Positions 9,313-18,424 of a DNA stretch of 64,000 bases are shown piece after piece. The position numbers were made by a program, and so were the translations under genes. The notes under the pieces were generated by a model that ran no database searches, was not told where the DNA came from, and saw only the letters and a list, made by a program, of their open reading frames with translations. Location of the stretch: the NCBI GenBank assembly GCA_003252395.1, contig QKEL01000013.1, positions 125,698-189,697 on the forward strand. Direction: 5' to 3'. Origin of the DNA: Spirochaetales bacterium (GTDB taxonomy: Bacteria > Spirochaetota > Spirochaetia > Treponematales > Treponemataceae). Within the stretch, counting starts at the first letter, position 1. Each line of letters begins with the position of its first letter.

Positions 9313-12120
9313 ATGCATAAAGAAAAAACCTCCCTGTTTATGGATTTCATGAAGAAGAAACTCGAATATTTGGTAGCCTTTTCCACCCTGATCGCCTTTA
9401 TCGCCCTGTCCCTCACCGAAACGGGCTTAAAATTCGAGTACAACATGTACGATACCCTGCTAGCCCTGAAACCCGCGCCCGCTGAACGGGACGACGTGTT
9501 GCTGATCGATATCGACGACCGGGCCATTGAGGAAATCGGCGCCTGGCCCTGGACCCGTGACATTCTGGCGGACGTGCTGATCCGCATGCGCGAGTTGGGC
9601 GGAAAGGCGGTGGTATTCGATATCGAGTACCTGACCCCCGGTCAGGCCGGCGTGAACCGCGCCTACGTGAAAGACGTATTCCCCGAGGAATACTCCGCCA
9701 CGAAGGGCGAGGTGGTGGAATACATCGGCCAATTTGCCGAGTCCGTGGCGGATAAAAACATTCCCCTGACCGCCGTTCGCGAGGTCGGTTCCGACATGAC
9801 CGGCTACCTTGGGCAGCGGCTCGATGATCTATCCTCGTCGGTCACCGGGAATATTTTCAGGGACAACGACGAATACTTCGCCAAGGCGATCCGTTTTTTC
9901 GGCAACGCATACCTTACCATCAACAATACCAAGCTTACGGAAAACGATGATTTGGACGGGGCGAAGGCCTTTGCCCTGGCGAATATCCTCAGGAGCGACG
10001 TTTCGGATCCCCTGGGCCGCTTTCTCATAGAGAACCGCATATTCCGGGAAAGTAACAAAGCCGCGGAGGGCATTACCCCCACCATCTTGATCCTCCTGCG
10101 GGAAGCCGCGGGGGCGGGCTTTCCCAACGTTATCATTGACGAGGACGGTATCCGGCGACGGGTCGAGCTCCTGACCGGGCATGAGGGCAAGTATTTCGCC
10201 CAGCTCGTATTCGCCCCGATGCTCAACCTGCTCGAACCCGAAGCGATCGTGCGCGACCGCTATTCCCTGGTATTGGAAAACGCCCTTGACCCCGCCGATC
10301 CCGCTTCGGGAAAGCGGGCGGATATTCGGATACCCCTGGACGAGAACGGCCGGTTCGTCATCAATTGGCTTAAAAAGCCCTATCAGGACGCCCTGAACCG
10401 CTCCAACGACAGCTTCAAGCACCTTTCGTCCTACGACTTTACCCTGGCCGACGAGATGGAACAGCAGTTGATCGACAATCTGACGGCGATCGAGGGCCTC
10501 AACGTACGAACCGCCGAGGGGTATCTCGCTTATCATGACGCGGTTCTTTGGCTTCGCGGTTCCTGGAAGGATATCGTTTCGTGGAAAGCGGCCTTGCTCG
10601 AGGGCGGCCGCGACGATTTTTCGGCGTATTTCGAGGCCAGAAGGGCCTTTTTCTCCGATTACGGGGAATTCCTTTCGGGCGGTTTCGACACGGAAATCTA
10701 CGAGACGGTGGAACGGGTGATCGACGCCGGCGGCGACCCGGCCTTGCGCGACTTCGAGGAAACCGTGCGCTCCAATTTCAACGTCTATAACGAGCAATAC
10801 GCGGCGTACATGGACCATGTCGAAAAGCTCGGGGCGATATGCGCGGGTTCGTTCTCGATAATCGGAAACAGCGCGACGGGAACCTCGGATATGGGCAATA
10901 ATCCGTTCCAACAGCGCTACCCGAACGTGGGTACCCACGCGAATATCTACAATACGATCATGACCGAGCAGTTTATCGTGCCCGTACCGCGATGGGGCTC
11001 TTGGATCATCGCCTTCGTCCTCGCGCTGACAAGCGCCCTCGCGTTCCGCAGAATCAAAAGCCTGCGCGGCCGCATCGTGTACGGCCTGCTTTCCATGGTG
11101 GCGGTCTTCGTCGCCGTAGCCGCGATCATGGCGCTTACCCGGATCTATATCCAGCTATTCGTGCCGCTCCTTACCGTCTCGTTTACCTTCCTTTTGGTAT
11201 CGATTCTGCGGTTCGTGTTCTCGGAACAGGAAAAGAGCTTTTTGCGAAAGGCCTTCACTATGTATCTTTCCTCGGACGTGGTTAACCAGATCGTCGCGGA
11301 CCCGAGCCTCTTAAAGCTCGGCGGCCAGGAAAAGCACATTACCGCCCTGTTTACCGACATAAAGAGCTTTTCGACCCTCTCGGAGAAGGTAACGCCCGAG
11401 CATCTGGTCGAGATTCTGAACCGGTACCTCACCTTGATGAGCGATATCGTGCTGGAACAAAAGGGGACGATAGACAAGTATATCGGCGACGCCATCGTTT
11501 CGTTCTTCGGCGCGCCCATCGACCTGAGCGACCACGCGAAGCGGGCCTGTCTCGCCGCGGTTCGCATGAAGCAGGCCGAAAAGCAGCTGAACGACGACAT
11601 GCTGGCCTCGAACTTCACGCCCATGCCCGTATACACGAGGATCGGCATCAACACGGGGCCGATGGTCGTGGGCAATATGGGCACGGACAACAAGATGAAC
11701 TATACCATCATGGGGAACGACGTGAACCTCGCGGCCCGGCTGGAGGGCGTGAACAAGCAATACGGCACCTGGATTCTGGTTTCCGAGACCACCTGGAACG
11801 CCACCGACGGCATGTTCCTCGGCCGAAAACTGGACCGGGTGAGGGTCGTGGGAATCGAAACCCCGGTACAGCTGTACAATATCATGGGCGTTCGCGCCGA
11901 GGCCTCGGGCAGGCAGGTCGCCCTCGCCGAAAAATTCAACGCGGCGATCGACGCGTACCGCGGAAGGCGTTTCGGCGACGCCCTGCTTTACTTTACCAAG
12001 TGCGTCGAGCTGGACCCGGAAGACGACGCATCCCGGATATTCCTCGACCGCGTAAAGGGCCTTATCAAGAACGGTATTGCCCCGGACTGGACCGATATCG
12101 TTAATATGACCTCGAAGTGA
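9313..12120 (+). CDS. CHASE2-domain class III adenylate cyclase
   Basis: CHASE2 motifs (LLIDIDDRAIEEIGAWPWTR, GFPNVIIDEDGIRRR, PNVGTHANIYNTI), three TM helices, then cyclase motifs LFTDIKSFS, DKYIGDAIV and YTIMGNDVNLAARLE, and a TPR-like C-terminus. Confidence 0.9.
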   Translation: MHKEKTSLFMDFMKKKLEYLVAFSTLIAFIALSLTETGLKFEYNMYDTLLALKPAPAERDDVLLIDIDDRAIEEIGAWPWTRDILADVLIRMRELGGKAVVFDIEYLTPGQAGVNRAYVKDVFPEEYSATKGEVVEYIGQFAESVADKNIPLTAVREVGSDMTGYLGQRLDDLSSSVTGNIFRDNDEYFAKAIRFFGNAYLTINNTKLTENDDLDGAKAFALANILRSDVSDPLGRFLIENRIFRESNKAAEGITPTILILLREAAGAGFPNVIIDEDGIRRRVELLTGHEGKYFAQLVFAPMLNLLEPEAIVRDRYSLVLENALDPADPASGKRADIRIPLDENGRFVINWLKKPYQDALNRSNDSFKHLSSYDFTLADEMEQQLIDNLTAIEGLNVRTAEGYLAYHDAVLWLRGSWKDIVSWKAALLEGGRDDFSAYFEARRAFFSDYGEFLSGGFDTEIYETVERVIDAGGDPALRDFEETVRSNFNVYNEQYAAYMDHVEKLGAICAGSFSIIGNSATGTSDMGNNPFQQRYPNVGTHANIYNTIMTEQFIVPVPRWGSWIIAFVLALTSALAFRRIKSLRGRIVYGLLSMVAVFVAVAAIMALTRIYIQLFVPLLTVSFTFLLVSILRFVFSEQEKSFLRKAFTMYLSSDVVNQIVADPSLLKLGGQEKHITALFTDIKSFSTLSEKVTPEHLVEILNRYLTLMSDIVLEQKGTIDKYIGDAIVSFFGAPIDLSDHAKRACLAAVRMKQAEKQLNDDMLASNFTPMPVYTRIGINTGPMVVGNMGTDNKMNYTIMGNDVNLAARLEGVNKQYGTWILVSETTWNATDGMFLGRKLDRVRVVGIETPVQLYNIMGVRAEASGRQVALAEKFNAAIDAYRGRRFGDALLYFTKCVELDPEDDASRIFLDRVKGLIKNGIAPDWTDIVNMTSK

Positions 12121-12148
12121 CGGCCGCGCCGCAGGAGAAAACAGCCTC

Positions 12149-12745
12149 ATGAACGTCCCCGCGGGTCCGGCCGTCGCCGAAATAGAGATAAAACGCTCCC
12201 GATTTCTCGCCGAATTGGTTCCGGTATCCTCGCAGGAGCAGGCGCGCGCGTTCTTGAAGGCCCAAAAGGAAAAATACGCCGACGCCGCCCACGTGGTCCA
12301 TGCCTTCTCCGTCGGGAAAACCGGGGGGACGCTGGGCTGTTCCGACGACGGGGAGCCCTCTGGAACGGCGGGAAGGCCGGTTCTCGAAGTATTGAAGGGC
12401 TCGGGGCTCACGAACGCCATGCTTACCGTGACCCGTTGGTTCGGCGGCACGCTTTTGGGGACAGGCGGTCTCGTGAAGGCCTATACCGAGGCCGCAAAGG
12501 CCGTTGTCGCGGAAACGGAGCCGGTGGAATTGGTCGAAACCCGATCGTTCCGCCTCGGCTTGGGGTATGACCTTTACGAGCGGGCGAAAAGGCTCCTTGA
12601 GGCGCTTGGGGCCGAGATTGGGGAAGAGCGTTTCGCCACCGATGTAGAGCTCGAGGGCCGGGTGCGGAGCGACCGCGTGGACCGGCTGTCGGCGGAAATG
12701 ACGGAACTGTCCGCGGGAAAATGCTCGGTCAGTTTTGGGGATTGA
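12149..12745 (+). CDS. yigZ: YigZ/IMPACT family protein
   Basis: IKRSRF, SDDGEPSGTAGRPVL and VTRWFGGTLLGTGGLVKAY. Confidence 0.9.
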   Translation: MNVPAGPAVAEIEIKRSRFLAELVPVSSQEQARAFLKAQKEKYADAAHVVHAFSVGKTGGTLGCSDDGEPSGTAGRPVLEVLKGSGLTNAMLTVTRWFGGTLLGTGGLVKAYTEAAKAVVAETEPVELVETRSFRLGLGYDLYERAKRLLEALGAEIGEERFATDVELEGRVRSDRVDRLSAEMTELSAGKCSVSFGD

Positions 12746-13565
12746 GGGTAATTATGAGAAAGTCCGAGGGGGCGAAAAGCCGGAAGCGGAGAAGCCTCCC
12801 GCCGAACCCCGCCCCGTTGGAAACGATAACCGGGGTTTCCCCCTTCATGACAAGGCCGCTCCGGTATTTTTGGCCGTATTCCGAGGGAAGGACGGGCGCG
12901 TAGCCAAAAAAGGTGATTTGGCCGCCGTGGGTATGGCCCGAGACGATCAGGTCGAAATACCGCAGATCCGCTGGGGGAAGCTTTTCGGCAAAATCCGGGT
13001 TATGGCTTATCAGGACCGTGTATGGGGCCGTTTCGAGGATATCCCGGAAGCGCGCCATGTCGGGAAAAACGTCGCGAAAATCGCCGATACCGGCGATAAC
13101 CGGGCCTCCCGGGAGTTTTACGAGCGAATCTTGGAGCACGACTATGCCCGCTGCCCGGAGGGTTTCGACGGTGCGCGCGCGCCCGTTATAAAAATCGTGG
13201 TTGCCCAGGCTTGCGTACACCCCGTCGGGCGCGGAAAGCCTCGTCGCCTCCCGCGCGAAACCGTCTATTTGGGCGGCGCTCAGGGTGTCGTCGCCGCCGA
13301 TCAGGATACAGTCCGGGCGCTCCGCGTTTATGGACTCGATCAGGCGGCGGAACCGCCCCACCGAAAAATTATTCCCCAAATGGATATCGGAGACGAAGGC
13401 GATTCGATAAGGCGCGGTTAGTCCCTGCGGAGCGGTCAGATCGAAGCGCCGTACGCGGTTGACGCCGAGTTCGGGCGCGGTGGCGCAGGAGGCGAGGGGC
13501 AATAGCACCGCGCAGGCCAATGCGGCGAAAGCGCCGGCGGCGCGGGCGGAACGGAGTGAGTCCAT
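12729..13565 (-). CDS. Metallophosphoesterase (YkuE-like), possible lipoprotein
   Basis: FVSDIH, GGDD, LGNHD, ISHNPD and SGHTHGGQI; N-terminal LASC lipobox-like sequence. Confidence 0.85.
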   Translation of the reverse strand: MDSLRSARAAGAFAALACAVLLPLASCATAPELGVNRVRRFDLTAPQGLTAPYRIAFVSDIHLGNNFSVGRFRRLIESINAERPDCILIGGDDTLSAAQIDGFAREATRLSAPDGVYASLGNHDFYNGRARTVETLRAAGIVVLQDSLVKLPGGPVIAGIGDFRDVFPDMARFRDILETAPYTVLISHNPDFAEKLPPADLRYFDLIVSGHTHGGQITFFGYAPVLPSEYGQKYRSGLVMKGETPVIVSNGAGFGGRLLRFRLFAPSDFLIITLNPQN

Positions 13566-13687
13566 ACCGTCAGTATACCGACCTCGCGGGGCCTGCGCAA
13601 TTCGCGCGAGGCAGGTACGCGGCCACCGGCGCGATTCGGTAGGCGCGATTCTCCGGGCTTATCGGCCGGGGCTTTGCGGCCGCCGCC

Positions 13688-14755
13688 TTAATTCAGCTCG
13701 TTAAGGAGCATGGCCGCGAGGAGGGGCCTTCTTCTCCATTCCGGCCTGCGTCGCGACTCGGCGCAAAACCGCTCGACCATGAGCGCCGCCCGTTCGGTTT
13801 CGTCACGGCACGACGAGCGCTTTTCCCCTTCGCCCGCGGCCGACGCACGGGAGCGCGCTATGGCCTTTTCGTACGCTTCGAGGTTGTCGAGGAAGTCGGG
13901 CAACTTTCGGGGCAGGTCTCGGTGTCGGCACCAATCCCCGAAACCCGTGGCGCGGAGTTTTCGGGCGTTCAGTTCCTGCTCGTATTGGCCTTGCACCGGG
14001 ATCGCCAGGACCGGCTTTCCGAGGGCGAGGGCTTCGGAGATGCTCTGATGGCCCGCGGGAGCCACGAGGGCCCGGCATGAAAGAAGGGTTTCCGCGTAAT
14101 CGGCGCGTGGGTCGGGGAAGGTCCTGAAACGCTCTTTTCCCAGGCGTTCCAGCAGCGGAAAGAGGGTATCCCGATACAGAGGCTTTAGGTACACCGCCAC
14201 GTGTTCCCCGGCGACCGCTTCCCGTTCCCGCAATTCTTTCCGCACGATGGGCCCGACGTCGCCGTCGAAGAAGGAGCAGATGATGGTGCGGTCCGAACGG
14301 GCCATCATGTACCGGGATACGAGCCGTGCCACGATAGCGCCGAAACCGAGGCTGTGGGAGCGAAGCACTACCCCGGGATGATTGAGCTGGAGGACCGGAA
14401 TGCCCAACAGTTTCGCCGAGCGGGCGGCGAAGGGCTCAAAGTCGGAAACCACCGCTTCTACCCGGGCGTCGCGCATTCTCCGGGCGATCTCGGCGCTGGT
14501 ACCCACCGCGCCCAAAAGGAGCCCCGCGTTCGCCAAGGCGGTTTTCACGTAATCCACCGTGAAACCGTTTTGCACGAAGGCGAAATATGGTATGCTGTAA
14601 ACGCCGCAGTCGGGGAAACGCCCGCGAAGCTCGGCAGTCAGGTGTTCCGGGGCCCAAAACGTGATTTCGTGACGGGCGCTGAGGATTTCCGCGAGGGCGA
14701 CGGCCCGAGAAAAATGGCCGCGACCCTCGCCGTTAATGGAAAAGGCTATACGCAT
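13688..14755 (-). CDS. GT-B glycosyltransferase (MJ1255/VC2487-like family)
   Basis: NGEGRGHFSRA, VVSDFEP and AGHQSISEALALGKPVLAIPVQGQYEQELNA. Confidence 0.85.
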   Translation of the reverse strand: MRIAFSINGEGRGHFSRAVALAEILSARHEITFWAPEHLTAELRGRFPDCGVYSIPYFAFVQNGFTVDYVKTALANAGLLLGAVGTSAEIARRMRDARVEAVVSDFEPFAARSAKLLGIPVLQLNHPGVVLRSHSLGFGAIVARLVSRYMMARSDRTIICSFFDGDVGPIVRKELREREAVAGEHVAVYLKPLYRDTLFPLLERLGKERFRTFPDPRADYAETLLSCRALVAPAGHQSISEALALGKPVLAIPVQGQYEQELNARKLRATGFGDWCRHRDLPRKLPDFLDNLEAYEKAIARSRASAAGEGEKRSSCRDETERAALMVERFCAESRRRPEWRRRPLLAAMLLNELN

Positions 14756-14866
14756 GCTGTACCTCCCGATGGAGGCAGTATCGCAGCAAACCGTGAGAAA
14801 CCCGTGAGGGAAGGGTAAGCGAATCGCGTATTCACCGTAAAATATTAATTAAAAAAGGGGACATCC

Positions 14867-15634
14867 ATGGAATTTATGCGTCAGTATTTCGTCCATTATT
14901 ACGAGATCGGACCGTCGCGAAAGCTTTCGCTCCTTGCCCTGTTGGGCTACCTCGAGGATATCGCGATCCTCCACAGCGAGGCACGCGGGCTGGGGCTTGA
15001 TTATTACGAGGCCAACCGCTGCGGCTGGATGCTCGTGAAATGGGACGTTCGGATACGCTCCCTTCCCCGCTTCGGGGATACCGTGACCGTGCATACCCGG
15101 ATCAACGGCATGAAGTCCTTCTTCGCTGACCGCGAGTTCACGTTGACCGCATCGGACGGTACCGTCCTCGTGGAGGCGCGGGCGAACTGGATTCTCGTGG
15201 ATACCGACAAAAGGCGGCCCATGCGCATTCCCCAAGAACAGTGGGATCGCTTCGGCGTGAGCCCGGAAAGCGCCTCGCGGTGCGTTACCATTCAGGACGT
15301 GCATGGCTCGCGCGGCGCGGAAGCGGGATCGGGCGAGCCTTCCGTTCGCGCCTTTACCGCCTCGAACGGGGATATCGACACCAATTTGCACGTAAACAAC
15401 CTTTGCTTCGTCGAATGGGCCCTTGATTCCCTTCCGGAGGGCTATCTTTTCGGCCATGAACCCTCGCGGGTCGCGGTGCACTACCGGAAAGAATTGGCCC
15501 ATGGCGCCGAGGGCCGGGTCGAAACCGTATCCGGGGCCGAAGGCGCGGACCCCGGAACGACCCGTACCCTCCATTCGGTTTATTCGCTCGACGCCGAATG
15601 TTGCTCTATTGAGATTGACTGGAAAACGGTATAG
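14867..15634 (+). CDS. Acyl-ACP thioesterase (double hotdog)
   Basis: DIDTNLHVNN catalytic motif and N-terminal hotdog pattern (WMLVKWDVRIRSLPRFGD). Confidence 0.85.
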   Translation: MEFMRQYFVHYYEIGPSRKLSLLALLGYLEDIAILHSEARGLGLDYYEANRCGWMLVKWDVRIRSLPRFGDTVTVHTRINGMKSFFADREFTLTASDGTVLVEARANWILVDTDKRRPMRIPQEQWDRFGVSPESASRCVTIQDVHGSRGAEAGSGEPSVRAFTASNGDIDTNLHVNNLCFVEWALDSLPEGYLFGHEPSRVAVHYRKELAHGAEGRVETVSGAEGADPGTTRTLHSVYSLDAECCSIEIDWKTV

Positions 15635-15648
15635 GCAGGGATAAAGAA

Positions 15649-16131
15649 ATGACCGGTACGGGATATCTGCGCGGCTTCTTTATTTTCCTAACCCTGTTTC
15701 TTCTATTTTGGTTTTGGATATTTTTTTCCGTACTATCCGGACAATCGCCCAAATCGACCGTCAGTCGGTTATTCTCGCCGCGGCCGAATGAGAAGCCGCT
15801 TATAGAACCGTCGTTTTACGAACGGCAGGCCTGGATTGAGGATATCCTTCCCGACGCCACTTCCCGCGATGCCCTTGCGCGGAACGGGAATAGGGTGTAC
15901 ATCCGCTTCGCCCAGCCCATGGACACCGGTTATGCCGCGTTGACCTCCCATTCGGTGACCTGGGAGGGGGATGTCCCGATTGACTATTCCCGTACGGAAT
16001 GGACCGATGTCTACACCTTCGTTCTTTCCGTGAATCGGCCCCTTTTGAAGGGAGAATCCATGACCCTGGTCTACGAGTTCAGAACGAGACTCGCTCAGAC
16101 GCTGCCCCAGGTGGTGCTCAATTATGAATAA
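15649..16131 (+). CDS. Membrane-anchored protein with Ig-like (Big_5-type) domain
   Basis: N-terminal TM helix and IRFAQPMD motif; 8-nt overlap with the next gene. Confidence 0.55.
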   Translation: MTGTGYLRGFFIFLTLFLLFWFWIFFSVLSGQSPKSTVSRLFSPRPNEKPLIEPSFYERQAWIEDILPDATSRDALARNGNRVYIRFAQPMDTGYAALTSHSVTWEGDVPIDYSRTEWTDVYTFVLSVNRPLLKGESMTLVYEFRTRLAQTLPQVVLNYE

Positions 16132-17314
16132 GCGGCGAGTCGCTTTTTGGGGCATGGGGATCGTAACCGCCCTGACCTATGGCCTCTTTCTTCCCCCGAT
16201 ACTCGCGGACGTACCGCCTAACGATTATTACCCGAACCTGTTTAAGGCCGCCGCCCTGCGTTCCATACCGGCCGGCACTCCCCCGGATTACGGGCGCGAT
16301 AGCGACGGCGACGGACTTACCGATTACGACGAAGATAACAAGTACCGGACGGACAAGGCAAAGGCCGACACCGACAGAGACGGCTTAACCGACGGCGATT
16401 GGGAGGAGCGGCGGGAATATACCCGAACCTACGTCGCGGTTATGGACCTTCGCCCGCCTTATTCCCTGGCGGACATGAACGATTTTTACCAGGACGCCCG
16501 ATATATCGGGAATAGTGCCGTCGGCGTCGATCGCGTCGAGGTTGTCCTGTATCCCGAGGCGAAAGAGCTTCTGTGCCCCGCGCCCTATGCGCCGACGAAA
16601 AGCGAATATACCGCTCCGACCTTCGCCAAGAACTACGATAGCGCCATGGAAACGCGTCTCCTCGAGGTAACCTCCGGCGCGCGGACGGACCTCCAGGCCG
16701 TGCTGTCTGTGCAGCGGTTTTTCAACTCGTTCCGGTACGAGGACCTACGCGGCGATCTGGGGTACTCGAGCGATTATCCGCTTCAGTTCCAATATTATGC
16801 CGATGGGGCCGGCGGATACGCCCAAAACTACGGCGGCCTGCCCACGGCCTACTCGATGGACGAGCTTTTGGCCCGGCAATTCTTCGCCGCCGGCATGTTT
16901 GACCGGAAGACGCATGGCGCGTGCTCCTCCTCGGCCACGCTTCGGGGCGCCCTGTTCAGGGCCGCTGGGCTGGAAGAGCGGACCGTCTTTACCATACCCC
17001 TTTTTTATTCGCTACAAACCGACGGTACGAGGGTCGATGTCTCTTCCGTGCCCCCGGGATCCTTCTTGGACCAAAAGATCGGCCGGGGAACCATCGCCGA
17101 TCATTTTTTCAATGAGGTCCGCATCGGCGGCCGCTGGATACGGGTAGACACCAACCTGATCGATCCCGGCGTCCACGGTCCCCGGGTCAAGCTCATGGTC
17201 ATGCACGACCAGGCGGACGTTTCCTGGGAACAATGGGACAGCCGCCGTTATTTCGCCGAACGCCCCTATACGTACGTTTCCATAGAAGAGCGCCTCGGAC
17301 CTCATCGCGAATGA
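16124..17314 (+). CDS. Secreted transglutaminase-like (papain-fold) protein with Ca-binding DxDxDG repeats
   Basis: DSDGDGLTD and DTDRDGLTD repeats; putative Cys-His-Asp triad in GACSSSA, DHFFNEV and WIRVD. Confidence 0.7.
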   Translation: MNKRRVAFWGMGIVTALTYGLFLPPILADVPPNDYYPNLFKAAALRSIPAGTPPDYGRDSDGDGLTDYDEDNKYRTDKAKADTDRDGLTDGDWEERREYTRTYVAVMDLRPPYSLADMNDFYQDARYIGNSAVGVDRVEVVLYPEAKELLCPAPYAPTKSEYTAPTFAKNYDSAMETRLLEVTSGARTDLQAVLSVQRFFNSFRYEDLRGDLGYSSDYPLQFQYYADGAGGYAQNYGGLPTAYSMDELLARQFFAAGMFDRKTHGACSSSATLRGALFRAAGLEERTVFTIPLFYSLQTDGTRVDVSSVPPGSFLDQKIGRGTIADHFFNEVRIGGRWIRVDTNLIDPGVHGPRVKLMVMHDQADVSWEQWDSRRYFAERPYTYVSIEERLGPHRE

Positions 17315-17460
17315 CGACCGAGGGTCTGACCCTCTGTGTGGGGGTGGCGGAGAAACCCTCCAGGTTTCGCAGCCAGGGGGAGCCGCGTCTGCCACGCTCC
17401 CTTATGGCGTGTAATGGCGGAAGCGACGCCACGCCCATCGCCGAAGCTTGGTATCTAGTC

Positions 17461-17571
17461 GCGCGCGGCAATGAGAGGGGCATGCCCTCGCGCGGTTCCG
17501 CAGTCCGGCCCGATTTTATCGGGACGGGCGAGGACTGAAATGCGAGGGTTGCCCCTCGGCCGCCCGCGCGC
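17461..17571. repeat. Long imperfect intergenic hairpin (REP/MITE-like), related to the 36.1-kb repeat
   Basis: Nested stems GCGCGCGG/CCGCGCGC, GAGGGGCA/TGCCCCTC, CCCTCGC/GCGAGGG, CAGTCC/GGACTG and CCCGAT/ATCGGG. The reverse complement shares AGTCCTCG, GGGCCGG, CTGCGGAACCGC and GCCCC..CTCAT.GCC with the 36.1-kb unit. Confidence 0.6.
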
Positions 17572-17716
17572 GCATGTGCCGATGAATCCTCCGGCGACGG
17601 GCGAAACAGGCGCTCCCCCTAGAACAGCATTCGATAATTTTATATACTAACGCCCAATAAACGACTTGAACGACCTTTTCTCAGGTTTTCAATACCATTT
17701 AATCAGGAGAACGAAC

Positions 17717-18409
17717 ATGATGTATTCGGCAGAAGTGGAACACATGTGTCCTCTCGCCAAGGCCGCGTATCACGGCCCCGCGCCCATCCCGCAGGAGGGA
17801 AAATGGGTGCAGGCGAAGGAAGTGAAGGACATTTCCGGCTTCACTCACGGCGTGGGCTGGTGCGCTCCCCAGCAGGGCGCTTGCAAGCTTTCCCTCAACG
17901 TTAAGGAAGGCGTGATTCAGGAAGCCTTGGTCGAGACCATCGGCTGCTCGGGCATGACCCACTCCGCCGCCATGGCCGCGGAAATCCTGATCGGCAAGAC
18001 GATCATCGAGGCGATGAACACCGACCTCGTGTGCGACGCGATCAACACCGCCATGCGAGAGCTCTTCCTCCAGATCATTTACGGCCGCAGCCAGTCCGCC
18101 TTCTCCGAGGGCGGCCTCCCGATCGGCGCCGGGCTCGAGGACCTCGGAAAGGGACTCCGGAGCCAGGTAGGCACCATGTTCGCCACCCTCAAGAAGGGTC
18201 CCCGCTACCTCGAGATGGCCGAAGGCTACGTTACCCGCCTCGCAGTGGACAAGGAAGGCGCGATCATCGGTTACGAGTTCGTGAGCCTCGGCAAGATGAT
18301 GGACGCGATCAAGAAGGGAACCGACGCCAACGAGGCACTCGCCAAGGCGAAGGGAACCTACGGCCGCTTCGCCGAAGCCGCCAAGTACGTCGATCCCAGG
18401 CACGAGTAA
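17717..18409 (+). CDS. IscU/NifU-like Fe-S scaffold-domain protein (GGGtGRT partner)
   Basis: Cys motifs WCAPQQGAC, IGCSGMTHS and LVCDA. Start ATG 17717 follows AGGAGA. Strong codon bias. Confidence 0.8.
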   Translation: MMYSAEVEHMCPLAKAAYHGPAPIPQEGKWVQAKEVKDISGFTHGVGWCAPQQGACKLSLNVKEGVIQEALVETIGCSGMTHSAAMAAEILIGKTIIEAMNTDLVCDAINTAMRELFLQIIYGRSQSAFSEGGLPIGAGLEDLGKGLRSQVGTMFATLKKGPRYLEMAEGYVTRLAVDKEGAIIGYEFVSLGKMMDAIKKGTDANEALAKAKGTYGRFAEAAKYVDPRHE

Positions 18410-18424
18410 GGGAGGGGAGATAAA

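Noticed and set aside
17315-17716. Known riboswitch or housekeeping ncRNA (RNase P, tmRNA, SRP, cobalamin, c-di-GMP) in the long intergenic gap
   Set aside because: No diagnostic conserved motifs were recognised by eye; an Rfam cmscan would be decisive. The gap at 29914-30111 before the amino-acid ABC operon was also checked with the same result.
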